DNA from: Octopus sinensis
Lineage: Eukaryota
Reading direction: 5' to 3'
DNA length: 64,000 nucleotides
Assembly: GCF_006345805.1 (NCBI RefSeq)
Contig: NC_042997.1
Span: 90,768,001 to 90,832,000 of the forward strand
A program made the position numbers and the translations under genes. Below are positions 40,010 to 54,150 of the stretch, piece by piece (within the stretch, counting starts at the first letter, position 1; each line of letters begins with the position of its first letter). The notes below the pieces were generated by a model. The model saw only the letters and a program-made list of their open reading frames with translations, did no database searches and had not been told where the DNA came from.

Positions 40010-42553
40010 GTCTAAGTCAACTCTACTTAGATACGTTTTTACTTATTCAACAAATTCCATAGATATCTAAGTTCAATAACAACAACTATAATAACGATGA
40101 TAATGTGATTTCTTGCTTAGCAATAAGTCTAAACAGCTACATACAATAAAGAAGTCAACTGAACAGGCACATCAGAATAGGCACATCAACCCTCTTCAAA
40201 GAGACAAAAGACAAAAATCTACCCCAGAGAGATTTGAAATCAGTATGTAAAAGAACAAAACTGAATAGTGCTTACTAATTTTGGCACAAGGCCAACAATT
40301 TTGCGGGAGAAGATAAGTTGATTGCAGTGACCCCACTACTCAACTGGTGCTTATTTTATTGACCCTGAAGAGATGAAAGGTAAAGTCGACCTTGATGAAA
40401 TTTGAACTCACAACAATAAGGTTAAAATGCTGCTAAGCATTTTTTTTCCTGGCATGCTAATGATTCTGCCAGCTTGCTACACTTAGTCTAATATTGGGGA
40501 ATATAAGCCATTCAATGGGAAAAAATGGGTATTAGTACATGTGGGAATTGAACCCACACCTTTTATTTTCACAATAAGTGTACTGACCAATTAGACCAAC
40601 TTACCCACCTAAATATTAAAAAAGATATTAGTCTGATGTTTTACCATTTTTGCCTATTAAGAAGATGCAGTAGCATACTGGATATTGATTCTATCAACTT
40701 TCTCTTGCTCCCCACTTACAAATGTATAGCTTTGACAAGAGATTAATGATTGTTAATATTGTTGTTTAGATCTGAGCTCTGATCAAGCTAACTATGAAAT
40801 ATAATTATAGCTGTTACAGCATAAAAGCCTTAATCAGCTTGGAGCAAGCAAGCTTATGGTGTTTAGGTAACTGATAGAATGCACAACAGTTAGCCAATAA
40901 TCCAGCAGCTGATATACTGTAGTTTAGTGCATTGGGTCTCGAGATCACACTGTGCATTGTAATACAGCACTTGAGTTGCAATGTGGTCATTAAGATATAT
41001 TACAGTAGCCTAGACTGCATCTAAAAGAAAACCCTTCAAGTGATTGGCAAAGATTCACACCCCAAAAGGTAACAATCTACTCAACAACAAAAACAGATCT
41101 TATAAAGGATTCAGAAAGAAAGTACCACCCTATTAAAAGTTAAACTGAATAAACTAATTATCGTGGAAAGTACCAGTAAGAGATCCTTATCAACCAAGAT
41201 AAAGTTTGAAGGAAATATTAGCCATTTTTTCTACTTTCCAAAGGTAAGCAAACAGCAAATAACAGTTGCTACCCAAGGACAAAAATCATATTACAAACTG
41301 TAATGCTTTTGGGAAAAAGTAATGATGATTACAACCATCTCTTAACCCTTTAGCATTTAAACCAACCATATCCGGCTCAGATATTCTACCTATTTTACAT
41401 TCAAACTGGTCAGATCTGGCCTCTTGTGCCTACCCTACAATGTCATTCTAAAAATAATGAATGGCATCTTTGAAATTTTAGAAGTATGAAGTAAAGCATG
41501 ATTAATTCAAAACAATGTGAATAAATATGCATTATATTTGACAGATTACTCTGAATGCTAAAAGGGGTGAGATTTTAGTTTTCACAGAGAAGGCAACAGG
41601 AATATTAGACCAGTATACTTTAATTCATTATAGCAATGTTATAGTTACATAACTCTAGAAATGCATATGCTACATACAAAAAAATATTTTTAAAAAAAAG
41701 GTACTGATGAAATTATTATCATTTTGCGACTATATATAGACACAAATAAGGTGGAGAATTATAAGCATATATAATACTTAGCAACATTTCTTCCATCTCT
41801 ATGCTATGAATTCCAATTCTGTTGAGATTAGCTTTTACTTTCATCCTTTTATGGTCAATAAAATAAGTACCAGTTGAACACTGGGGTCTGTGTAATTGTC
41901 TAACCCCTCCTCCTAAAACTATTGGCCATGTGTCAAAATCTGAAACAATTATGTTGAGTCAATATTAAATTTTTCCACTTTTTATGTAATATTGTATGTT
42001 TTTTCTAAAATCAGCCAAACAACAAAGAGACTTTAGTGGGAAACCAGATGATTATTATGGATTGGACAGTGAAATTATTAGATCGTACATTATTTAGTAA
42101 TTACCTCAAAAATTTTGAGGTACCATGATGCCAGAAAACACAACAATTCCTTCATAATATACTACCTTAAGAGAGAAAAGTTGAATAATATATTCCTAAA
42201 TAGGCTATGTGAGAGAAAAAACATAGAAATAGTCACAGATAGAACATTTTTGATCATAACGCAACTTGATAAGTGCTGATCTGAAACAAGAGAAAACATA
42301 AAAATAACTTCCTCATAAACAAAATTGAAAATGCTTTAAATTAATGCCAATAAAATAATTTCCCCAACGAAATAAAAATATTCAAAGCATAACTTCAGTT
42401 TTAGATAATCACCATCACTTTTCTTAGAATCCCTTCTTGTTATTTTACTACTGAGTCTTCAGTAGAAAAATATAAACAGAAGGTTTGGGGGGAAAAAAAC
42501 TGTCTTAAAGGAAATAAATAAAAAAGAACTTTTGTGAAAAATTGCAAACTTAC

Positions 42554-42596
42554 CATCGGCCATTGACAAGTGCTTCAACTTGGGTGTTTACTTCCA
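42554..42596 (-). CDS. MORC2: MORC2-like exon, start of chromo/Tudor-like domain (MEVNTQVEALVNGRW)
   Basis: ccattttatag / gtaagt; 43 nt, phase 1-2; resembles recalled human VEVRVNREW. Confidence 0.88.
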
Positions 42597-43902
42597 CTAT
42601 AAAATGGAAAAACATGTAATTGTTAGCAATTTGCTACATAAGCCTTATCATTTCTTTTCAAAAATGGATTGTATTCAATAAATTTGACCCCAATATGTTA
42701 CTAACGATTACCTTATGAATTGGTGATGGGGTTAAGTAGAATTTCACATTTTCTATGCAGAAACCCAGCCACCACAACAGAATTGAGATCCTAAAATCAA
42801 GGTTCTACATAAAAAGCATTGGTGTGGGTGCCAGTGTCACATAAAAAGCACACAGTACACTCTGTGGGTGGTTAGCATTAGGAAGGGCATCTAGCCATAA
42901 AAATCACACCAAAACAGACTTTGGGACTATAGTGGCTTCTGGCCTTGCCAGTTCCTGTCACGTTATCCATCCCATGCCAGCATGGGATGATGATGTGTGC
43001 TGTGAATCACATAACATAAGGAAATCACTAAAAAATAGACATGACAAAGCCTATCTCTCTCTAAACTATACTTATGATGAGCTGAACAGTATTTCAAGTT
43101 AACAAAACATTCATCATTTAAAACTGTTCTTACAACTTGTGCAAAAGTAAGCTTTACTACCTACTTAAAGCTAAATTGGCATAGACATTAGCATGAAATA
43201 TCGTAGAAAATCTCAATTCTGATGATGAAAGAATGTGAAACTTGGGTGGATAGTACCCTGCCTCATTGAGTTAGTTGTCTGCAATTTATAGAGGCACAAT
43301 ACTTTTCTATCACCTGCACCAATCCTTCTATCTCATATGCAAATACTATTGGCTTGTTTTGACTAAGACACAGAAGTTCTATATTTTAAACTTTTTCCTC
43401 TTGAGACCTAACCCCTTATTCTGCAATGAAGAGAACTTTTATATAACAGTTCACCTAAGGCAAAATGATTCATGTTTATAGCTTAGTCAGATCATGTACC
43501 AATATCAGATAAGGTAGTTCCAAATATAATTGCTTAAAATTTAACTATATTACATTGGACTTTAACTCTTTTTTTCTTTTCTTTTTTGCGTTTCAACAAC
43601 TCTTTCCTTTGTTAACAAATACTGTATTTTCCAGCATACAAGTTCACATAGTATATCATGTCAACATGTAGTATAAGCATTCAAACATTGTCACTATATT
43701 TCCAACTCCTGCTGCATTTCACATGGAATTTTTGGTCCTCCAAATTCGATCTGCTTTTATTTTCTTTCTTTTTTTTTTTTTTTTTTTGCTGTAAATTTGG
43801 GTCTGAAAATTTTGACTTGTGTACCAGAAAATACAGTACATATTTTTCTGTGTGCAGACACATGCATCTATTATAAATGAATATAAAACAAAAAGGATAT
43901 TA

Positions 43903-43935
<33 letters not shown>

Positions 43936-45890
43936 TGTGTACAGTGCTCAGGTGCACTACAACTCATCTAAAGTGTATATATAATCAGGTGTAGTTTCGG
44001 CGGATTTCGGAAAGCATGAGGGCCTTAAAAGATGCAGTGTCATGGCAGTCAACAACTGACGCAGGCAGTTTATTCCATGCTTCAGCAACTCTGAGCGTGA
44101 AAAAATGTTTCCGAAAGTCATGGGAGCTGTATTGTTTTCTGACTTTGTAGGCATGTCCACGTGTGTTAGACACATGGAGATCAAAAAGGTGTTCAGTGTT
44201 GTTGTTGGTGAGGTGGTTGATAACTTGTGGGTGTTTACCAAGTCCGTCGCCAAACGCCGGAGCTTCAGTGAATCCATGCCCAGGGAAACAAGGTGCTCAG
44301 AATATGGTAGGTGTCTGATGGAGGGTATGCGTTTGGTTGCACGTCTCTGGACAGATTCCAGGAGGTCAATGTTCTGGCAAGATAGGGGTTCCAAACTGAT
44401 GATGCGAATTCCAAGTGTGGTCGTACCATAGCTGTATACAGTTTTAAATAGATGGCTGGAGAGCGGCTAACAAAAGACCTGCTGAGTGATGCCAAGACAC
44501 CCTCGGCCTTCCTGACAATCTTAGAGATATGCTTTGACCAACGCAAATCACTGCTGACAGTGATGCCTAGGTCACGCTCGCAAGAGGATTTCTTGATATC
44601 AGTGTTGTGGAGGGAGTATGTGAACGCAGGGTTTTCTCCCAAAATGCATGGTGGTACACTTGTCCACAGCCAGTTTCAGTTGCCAGTCTGTGATCCATTG
44701 CTGCATTGTGTCTAGGTCTGATTGCAGGAAAGAGTTGTAGACATCAGGATCTGTCCTCTTGATTTCAAGGTACAGCTTGATGTCGTCTGCATATTTCAAT
44801 ACTGTGGCATTCTTTAAATTGGCATCTATGTCGTTAATGTATGCCACAACAAGAGGGGACCAAGGACAGATCCCTGTGGTACACCCGATGACATCTCATA
44901 TGGTGTAGAGTGCTGTCCTAGAACTGTGACTACCTCCTTTCGGCTGAGGATGAAGGATTTCAACCAGTTAAAAAGGTCATCCCCCACACCCATTGCAGAG
45001 AGTTTCACCATAAGCCTTTTGTGTGGCACAGAGTTGAAAGCCTTAGCAAAGTCAAGGTAGACAACATCACCCATGAGCCACTGTCAGTAATCTGAGTAAT
45101 GTCCTCGAGGAACTCGACAAGCTGGTCACTGCAGCTGGAGTTAGGGACAAATCCATATTGTGAGGGTCAGATGAGACTGTGAGAGCTCCAGAAGTTCCAG
45201 AGTGTTTCTCTGACACACGATTCCATCAGTTTTGCAATACAGCTAGTGAGACTGACTGGGCGATAGTTGACAGGTGATGTGCGGTCGCCCTTTTTGAACA
45301 GAGGAATGACACTGGCAGTTTTCCACTGCTCTGGAGTAGCACCATTGTTGAGACAGTACTGGAAGAAAATAGAAAGCTGGTGTAAAAGGAAGTGCCTGCC
45401 ACGTTTGAGAAGCAGGTATGTAACTCCATCGAGACCAGGGGAGGCATAGTTGCGCTTATTTTGAAGGTGACGTCGCAGCATTGCAGGTGTAAATCCATAG
45501 TTGTTATGGAGTTTGCTGTTAGTGATGGTGAAGATGGTACATTTTGACTTTCAACAGTGAATATGTTTGCATAGCACTCGGCAATGAGTTCTGCGCATTC
45601 CTTGGGGTCGTCAGTGATCTGGTTTGTGTGAGGGTTGCGAAGAGGGCCCACTGGAGAGTGAGGTCTCTGCTTTGAGTGCACATATTTCCAGAAAACCTTG
45701 CTGTCAGGATTGGCTGCTATGCACTGTTCAAATTCAAGCACTGCTTTTTTTGTCACTTGCTTGAGATGGTTGGAGGATTTATTCCGCTTCTTCCTGTTGG
45801 TGTCTGATTTATGCAACCTGTATTCCCGTTCAGCAGTCCGGGCTTTGGTATACTTAAATAAGCATCCTTCTGTCTTATATGGATTCATTT
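43903..45890 (-). mobile_element. 5'-truncated CR1-group LINE (RT domain) with (TAT)n tail
   Basis: YLDFAKAFNSVPHKRL, GVPQGSVLGPLL, KYADDIKLY, RPHLEFASSVWNP motifs across frameshifted ORFs 43957-45903. Confidence 0.93.
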
Positions 45891-46659
45891 GTTTAACTGA
45901 CACATCTCATCTTGTAGAACAGAAAATTTATTTTACAAATTTCCCATCTCTTTTTCCATTCTAGCAGTAGGTGGAATAATTTTCCAAATTCTGAACATTT
46001 GCATATTGCAGGTGCAAGCCTTTTTTGTAACTTGATGAATTTCCAATACATAACCAACTATTAATCATGAAACTGAAGTGTCACTTATTTAGGCAATATG
46101 AAATAAGTAATTTGTCTTGTGGCCTGGAAAATTGAGTGAAGATAGTGATGTTGCTGTTTAGCCCCAGGTCCACTCTGACTGAGCAGACCTATGATAAAAG
46201 TATTTAAGTAGTGACTATCTATTTCATTTTTCAGGTAGTGTACCTCCAGGACATTATCAAATGTCTCCTCCTCCTTTTAAAACACTAGAGAATGACTTCA
46301 GGGAAAATTGGTTGCTATTTCTAGCAGACAGCAACTGCATAAAGGTTCCCTTATTAAAATGAAGATAGAAATGTAAAAGTTGTAAACATTTTACATAATC
46401 CATCAAATGGGATAGTCATAGGTAGTAGGCTCTAAATTCATTTTGAAAATTAGGTAAAATATGTCATTATTCTGACTGAAATACAGAAACCATTTAGATT
46501 TCATAATGCACAGATTATCTTTATCATGAGAAAATATCCCAAAAATAAAACTTGCTCATAATAATCCAAGTATGCTTTCATTTGTAGAACCATCATCCAA
46601 GCCATGTTAACTTGGAACAACACTGAAATCAATAACTAATAATCAATAATTCTACTTAC

Positions 46660-46741
46660 TAGGTACTGCATCAGACATGTCAGGTTCATCTGTACTGGGT
46701 TCAGCTGCAGCAAACTCAGGTTTTTCAGAATTTCGTTTGAT
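46660..46741 (-). CDS. MORC2: MORC2-like exon (IKRNSEKPEFAAAEPSTDEPDMSDAVP)
   Basis: atattccag / gtaagt; 82 nt, phase 0-1, compatible with both neighbours. Confidence 0.82.
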
Positions 46742-48255
46742 CTGGAATATTAATAAATCAACAGAAACTCACACTACTACAATTATTAGTCAAAACCACT
46801 AATTTCATTTTGTTTACCTAGATATAATGAGCGAGTCTTCTCTTTCTAATCTTATAACCTATGAACTTAATTCCCTCACTTCCTACAATTTTAATTATCT
46901 TTTTCTTATGGTTTCTCAGAAGTTACATAGTTTTGCAGCTGGGGTTGTGAGATTCTTCCCCTTCACTGCTAAAAGCTTCTTGTAACAAGTTGTTGGTATC
47001 ATTGCTTCCGTTAATGATTGATTTCAATTCAGTTATTACTAAGTGAGTCACCTGTTTAACCAACATGTATCAGTTCTATATTTAACCCTACTCATACCAA
47101 CCTGTCTGAAACCACCCCTGGTTCTTTGATATAAACTTCCTGTCTTAGAGTGATCAAAATTGAAAACTTTCCAACAGAATTTCATGTCAATTTATGTTCA
47201 AAATAAAGACAAAGTTATTTCATTAAATTCTTCATTATTTTCAAAATTAATTTAAACAAAGACAGTGTATTTCAACAGAAATCATCACCATCATCATCAT
47301 CATTTAATGTCCGCTTTCCATGCTAGCATGGGTTGGACGATTTGACTGAGGACTGGCGAACCAGACTCCAATCTGATCTGGCAGAGTTTCTACAGCTGGA
47401 TGCCCTTTCTAACGCCAACCACTCCGAGAGTGCAGTGGGCGCTTTATGTGCCAGCGGCACAAGGGCCAGTTTGGTAACTCTTCTATCTTAATTGTTTTGT
47501 TTACCTAGCTTTTAAAAAAGCTTTTCTCTCATTACATGAATGGTTTGCAAGACACACGTGAGTCATTAACAAAAGTGCTATTGGTAACAAATTCAAGGAA
47601 GTGGCTTTGATTCTTTGCTGAATTTCTTGTGGTCATCATTACTATCATGATGACCTGTTTAGATTCTTGACAGACCATAGGCCTTTCACAGTAGGTCTTC
47701 CAGTATATTCAGTCCAGTGCTCTTTTTTTTCGTTTTTTAATGGGTTTCATGTCACCACTTATCTTCAATTCCTTTCTCTGCTGATCTCTGCCAAGTGATC
47801 ATCAAGCATTCTGCCTCTCTTTTCCCCTTTTGAGTTCTAACCTAAGGCTTACCTTGCTATACATCTCTCTGGTTTTCGTAACATATGATCAACTTTGTCT
47901 CTATTTACGTCCAAATAATAATTTCCTCTCAAATCAGTGATTAGCAATTTAATCTTCAACACAGATTACAGCAACCCAAAAATGAATTTAATCAACAGTT
48001 GATATCAATTCTAAAGCTGTAAGAATTGTTCTAATGTTCTAACTTCACAAAGAAGAAATGTACAAAACCCTTGAAAAATAAATCAGTAAGTGTTACTAAC
48101 ATGTAAACAATACTGGATATAGCAGCCGTGGGTTATCATTTCTCCTGAAGCATAAGAGTTCCCTGAGCAAGACTCTTCTATCAGTGTCAGTTTATGTAAT
48201 TTACTATACAGAAATTGCACAGGTGCTGTGTTTGAGAAAGAGACAGACAGACAGG

Positions 48256-48309
<54 letters not shown>

Positions 48310-48561
48310 AGTGTGTGTGTGCGCACGCATGTGTGTGTGCGTGTGTGCGCGCGCTTATATATTAGTGTAAGATGGAAAATGGTGTATTTCATTAACGATT
48401 CTTTGCAGTATTCACATCGCACTGAGTTATCTCCCTTCACACCAAACCTCACTTTTCATTTTTGCAACATACAATGGCAAAATACTAGGGTCCAATCAGA
48501 TAGAAGATAAACTGAAGAATAAACATACAAGATAAATTTACAGAAGTGTATTAATACTTAC

Positions 48562-49185
48562 ATAGTCTGATGAGATCGCTTGGCCATTTGTAGGGAAATC
48601 CATTTCCGATTCCATGGATAATACCATGTTACTGTCTGAAGGTGAACTGCTTGTATCAACTTCTTTTTTGAGTACAATATTGTCTTTGACCTCAGAGACT
48701 GGTTTCGTAGAGTCAGCACTAGAATTTACTTCTGACCATTGATTAGAGTCTTTTCCACTATCTAAATCTTGCTCATCATCATCATCGCCCGTGCCCTCAT
48801 CAACTTTGCTCTCCTCTTTCTCCTTCCCCTTCTCCTTTTTCACAGCTGACTTGACACTTCCTTCACTACTACTTTTACCATTTTCTTCCTCCCAGTCAGA
48901 GTCCATATCTACATTATTGCTGCTGTCTTCTTCATCATCATCAGCTTCTTCAGTGACCACTGTAATTATGGGTCGTTTCTCTTTTGCCTTAAAGCTGCTG
49001 CTGACTTGTTTCTTTTCCTCTACTACGTCTCTACGGTTTTCTTCTTCCAATTTGGCTTGTCGCCGAGATTTCTTGGTTGGCACAACCACTTCTTCTTCAT
49101 CGTCATTAAAGTCAGAGTCATCTTCATCATCATCATCTTCATCATTCCAAGCTGATCTGCGCTTGGACTTTGGTTTTTTCTTTGT
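48562..49185 (-). CDS. MORC2: MORC2-like large exon, basic NLS-like patch then D/E/S-rich disordered region (TKKKPKSKRR...AISSDY)
   Basis: ttttatttcag / gtaagt; 624 nt open frame (ORF 48538-49215), phase 0-0. Confidence 0.9.
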
Positions 49186-49563
49186 CTGAAATAAAATGGC
49201 AATAAAAATGTGCATGGTTATTGAGAAATACTACTGGAGAAGACAGATAAATAAAGACAGATGTAGGAAAATAGAGGAAAGTGAGGGAATAAAGAGCTCA
49301 AACAGATAGGCATGTAGGTTGATATATTAACCTAAATATACATACATATAGTGTGTAAATGAAATTATAACATCAATTTATCTGTATAAGTAAATATATA
49401 GTGACAGATGTTGAGGTGGTTGTGTAGTTAAGAATTTGCTTTCCAATCACAAGGTTTCAGGTTCAGTCCAACTGTGTTGAAACTCAGACAAGTGTCTTCT
49501 ACTATATCTCTAGCTGATCAAAGCCTTATGAGTGGATTTGATCGATAGCAACTGAAGAAGCTC

Positions 49564-49596
<33 letters not shown>

Positions 49597-49600
<4 letters not shown>

Positions 49601-50581
49601 GTAGTAAATAGCTTCCGTTATGTAGGTAACCAAGTTAGTAGTGAAGGTGGGTGCTCCTAGAGCGTAGCTGTGAGAATAAAATTAGAATGAGCAGAGTTCA
49701 GAGAGCTCCTACTCCTGCTGACAATAAAGGGCCTCTCTCTCAGAGTGAAAGGCAGATTGTTTGATGCCTGTGTGTCAACAGCTATGCTGCATGGCAGTGA
49801 AACATGGACTGTGACCGCCAAGGACATGCGTAGGCTTGAAAGAAATGAAGCTAGTATGCTTCGCTGGATGTGCAATGTCAGTATACATGTTTGACAGAGT
49901 GTAAGCATCTTGAGAGAAAAGTTAGGCTTAAGAGGAAATCAGGTGTGGTGTGTAAGAGTGATGACTGTGCTGGTATGATCATGTGATGCGTATGGACATG
50001 GACAGCTGTGTGAAGAAGGGTTGATCTGTAACTGTGGAGTGACCAAGGAAGATATGGAACAAGGTGGTAAAGCATGATCTTTGAACTTTGAGCCTCACAG
50101 AGGCAATGACTAATGACCAAGACCTTTGGCGATGTGCTGTGCTTTAGAGAACCTGTCAAGCCAAGTGCACCTGTGCTGGTGACATGTAAAGAACACCTTT
50201 CAAGCATTGGGCCTCACGGAGGCAAAGTGGCTGAGTTCCTTTCAAACGTTGGGCTTCATGGAGGCAATGACCAAGACCATTGGCATTATGTCTTGCTTGA
50301 GAAGAAGACCCATCAAGTTGGGCAAAATCGCAGTCGTGGAAGATACCAGTGCCATGCCAGTGGCACATAAAAGCACCCTGGTGTCATGAAAATGGCACCC
50401 ATGCCAGTGACATGTAAAAGCACCTATTACACTCTCGGAGTGGTTGGCATTAAGAATGGCATCTAGTTGTAGAAAACCATGCCAAATCAGACTGGAGTCT
50501 GGTGCAGACTTCCAGTGTACCAGCCCAATCAAACTGTCCAACCCATGCCAGCATGGACAACGGACATTAAATGATGATGAT
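49597..50581 (+). mobile_element. RTE LINE 3' portion: RT C-terminus contiguous with 3'UTR and (GAT)n tail
   Basis: RVKGRLFDACV...MLHGSETW...RLERNEASMLRWMC followed by ccaacccatgccagcatggacaacggacattaaatgatgatga; ties the tail family to RTE. Confidence 0.9.
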
Positions 50582-50686
50582 TCATTATAACCATTCAGCC
50601 ATATACAAAACAAATATTTTCAGAGTTAAATATTAAGGAGATATATACAGAGAGAAAGATATGGTTAGCTAGATCAGTAAACTTAC

Positions 50687-50878
50687 CTTTTTAGTCGGTA
50701 CTTTTGGTCGGCGATTATTTGCAGTGGAAGACTTCTTACTTTTGGCTTCTTCGATAGCAGCAGCTCGACGCTCAGCATAGACCTGTGCTGCAGTACGTGC
50801 CATTGATCGTTTGGGAGGTTGCAGAGCTTGTTCCCTTGCTCGGTAAGAACTAACAAACACTGTGGAACCATCTTGGAC
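50687..50878 (-). CDS. MORC2: MORC2-like exon (VQDGSTVFVSSYRAREQ...RRPKVPTKK)
   Basis: attctcttag / gtaagt; 192 nt open frame, phase 0-0. Confidence 0.88.
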
Positions 50879-52681
50879 CTAAGAGAATATTTTTTAAAAT
50901 GTAACTACATCAACTTTTAGCAACCAGAGCAAAACGTCTGAGAGTATAAGCACTAATATGAAAAAAAAGAATGTCTTTTAAAATAGCCTGTCAGGTTTAC
51001 CTAATCCACTCAATGAAAGAAGCCCATCATATATATATAAATATATATATCATCAATGTATGTGTGTGTGCTTTTGTTTGTGTATGTGCATGTATCTACT
51101 TGTCTTGACATCGTCTGATAGTTGTAAACAGGTGCCACTGTCATACAAGCAGTGTTCTTTATCCTATCTTCCTTGAAAATATGTCTGTCCCCGGGGAAAT
51201 ATTTATGTTACAAGGAAATAAGTGGGGGATGATGACAAGAAGAGCATATGCCCCAATGAATTCCATCCAACCTATACAAGCATGGAAAAGTGGACAACAG
51301 TGACAGCAATAAATCAAATTACTTTTTTGGTAAGGGCTTTGAACTATCTCGGGTTTATATTTGACGTATTTATTTATTGTTAATGATCTGTGAAGAAAGA
51401 TATCTAAAAAAAAAAACATTTGAACTCTCACTTCTTCTGGATCACCATCATCATCATTATTTAACATCCATTTTCCATGCTAGCATGAAATGGACAGTTT
51501 GACAGGAGCTGACCAGACTCCAACTGTTTGGTTTGGCATGATTTCCATGGCTTGATGCCCTTCCTAAGGCCAACCACTTTACAATGTACTGGATGCTTTT
51601 TACATGCCACCAGCACAGATGAATTTACGGAGCACAAGTGCATTTTACATGACACCGGCACTTGCAAGGACATGCTTGGATGGCTGCGATTTTGCTTAGC
51701 TCAATGTGTCTTCTCAAGTACAGCAAATTGCTATAGCTCTCAGCCCTTTGTCCTTTCCTTAGTGAAGCCCAGCATCTGAAGATTCTCGCTCACCACTTCA
51801 TTCCATGTCTTCCTGGGCCTACCCCTCCCTACATTCAAAATCAATGGTTCCCAAAGCTTGTGCTGCTACCTCCAGTAGACATTGGAACTGCTTAATAGGG
51901 CATTATACAAATATTCCAAACAGGCATTTGGTATATTGCTATACATGTGGAATTGCTTGAGTGTGACCCACTCTTCCAGTTAATACCATTTTGTAAATGG
52001 ATGGTGACAATGTGTGTAAAGCAACAGGAGCAATGGAAAGAAAAAAACTAGAAATCATCATCATCATCATTTAATGTCCATTGTCCATACTGGCGTGGGT
52101 TGGACGGTTTGACCAGGGCTGGCAAGCTGGAAGGCTGCACCAGATTCCAGTCTGATTTGGCATGGAGTCTGGTGCAGCCTTCTCTTAAACTAAACCACTA
52201 AGCCCAGACTTTCACTTCTAGAGCTGTATCCCTCAGGAACTCCTTCCCCATTTAAAATATTTGCCAACAACACTAAAATAACACTTCATGAAAATATTCT
52301 TCTAAGAGGATTGACATGAGTGGCTTCTGAAGATGGGAGGCAACTGAGATAATTGTAAAATCTTCAACAATACATTATGTTTATTTACCAAAGGACCAGT
52401 ATTGTGCAACTGAAAAGCTCATTATCAGATAGTATTTAATCTATAGTAGGGAGAGCAATGATAAAGTTATGGTCATATAACATTAACTTTGGAGTAGGTT
52501 AAATAAAGTTTGAACCTTCAAAACTACTACTGACACACTTTGGGATATTATTTGTCTTAGACTACCTATAAGCAGACAAGTGCGGTTTCAACTGTATAGT
52601 GAAGGTCAGAATAAAAAAAATGCGCTTCCTTAGTCAAAAATATATTTAACCTTTTATTTAACATTTAGATCATCCTGTCAA

Positions 52682-52920
52682 ATCATCATCATCATCGTTT
52701 AACGTCCGTTTTCCGCGCTAGCACGGGTTGGACGGTTTCGACCGGGGTCTGGGGAGCTAGGGACTGCCCTAGGCTCCAGTCTAGTCTGGCAGTGTTTCTA
52801 CAGCTGGATGCCCTTCCTAACGCCAACCACTCCGCGAGTGTAGTGGGTGTTTTTTACGTGCCACCTGCACAGGTGCCAGAGGGGTCTGGCATCGGCCACG
52901 TTCAGATGGTGCTTTTTATG
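52682..52920 (-). mobile_element. RTE 3' end in MORC2-sense orientation; donor tail of the retrocopy
   Basis: Carries the diagnostic ccgcgctagcacggg variant otherwise seen only in the copy at 19124-19150; (GAT)5 tail. Confidence 0.9.
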
Positions 52921-53139
52921 GGGGGGGGGGGGGTGCAGAAATATAGGGGAGCACCAGTGGGGAGGGGTGGTTCAGAGAAATGATGACAGGTTCTAGGCAA
53001 GTAGAACGTAGGATATCAAGAGAGGGGTAATGCATGGTAAAATAGCGTATTGAAGAGGGGGCTTCGAAAAGTAGACACCTATAATGGTGGTGGGAGAAGC
53101 GACATCCGGTATTGGTGGTGGGCAAGGGCGGGTGCACCG

Positions 53140-53790
53140 GGAATATGCGAAGGTTGAACTTGACGGGCTGGCTTAAAAATGCTCTTAGCAATGGAAGGGG
53201 GGAAAGGAAGAGGGGGGATGGCAGACAACGTAAAAGAGGGAGAGAGAGAAGGGAATAGTGGAACCCCGCGAAAATGGGCCGCCATTGAAAAAAAAAAAAA
53301 AAAACCCTGTATGGAGAAATAATATGCAATACGAGGCGAAGCTGAAAATAGTAATAATAATAATAATAATAAGCAAACTGTCGACCGGGGATCAAAGGGA
53401 CAATACTAATACTAATAATAATAGTAATAATAATAAACAGCTCAACCACAACATTAGATTAGAAAGACTCTCTTATCTTGGGAACATTTCGTTCTTCGGC
53501 CTGACACGGGAATATGCGAAGGTTGAACTTGACGGGCTGGCTTAAAAATGCTCTTAGCAATGGAAGGGGGGAAAGGAAGAGGGGGGATGGCAGACAACGT
53601 AAAAGAGGGAGAGAGAGAGAAGGGAATAGTGGAACCCCGCGAAAATGGGCCGCCATTGAAAAAAAAAAAAAACCCTGTATGGAGAAATAATATGCAATAC
53701 GAGGCGAAGCTGAAAATAGTAATAATAATAATAATAATAAGCAAACTGTCAACCGGGGATCAAAGGGACAATACTAATACTAATAATAAT
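53140..53790 (-). repeat. Head-to-tail tandem of a ~370-bp unclassified repeat unit (about 1.7 copies)
   Basis: gggacaatactaatac at 53397 and 53765; copied into 18040-18685. Confidence 0.85.
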
Positions 53791-53829
53791 AGTAATATGT
53801 AATGCTTATTTATTCACATTACTTTGAAT

Positions 53830-53985
53830 TAATTATACACCTGGCGTTAGGAAGGGCATCCAGCTGTAGAAACACTGCCAGATCTGACTGGCCTGGTGTA
53901 GCCTTCGGGCTTGCCAGACCCCAGTTGAACCGTCCAACCCATGCTAGCATGGAAAGCGGACGTTAAACGATGATGATGATGATCA
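53830..53985 (+). mobile_element. RTE 3' end inserted into a piggyBac-like MITE fragment
   Basis: ggcgttaggaagggcatccagctg...cggacgttaaacgatgatg; flanks match the 15832 family. Confidence 0.8.
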
Positions 53986-54150
53986 TCATCATCATCATCA
54001 TCTCATAGCTTTGACATTTCAATGATGTAACTGTTTATTTTTGGAATGACATTGTTAGGTATATAGGAGAAACCAGATCTGACCTGTTTGAACATATAAC
54101 CAGTTTGTTAGTTTAAAAATTAAGTAAAAAACACACCGAATTTTACTCAC

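Noticed and set aside
40534-40609. tRNA-like sequence on the minus strand (perfect T-arm gtggg-ttcaatt-cccac)
   Set aside because: Acceptor stem does not pair well and the anticodon loop is non-canonical; at best a decayed tRNA-derived SINE head.
48538-48561. Read-through of the large exon to a stop (VSINTLL*) as the gene end
   Set aside because: A canonical gtaagt donor and four further in-phase exons encoding the chromo-like domain follow.
48791-49189. Ser/Phe-rich + strand ORF of 132 aa
   Set aside because: Antisense shadow of the acidic MORC2 exon.
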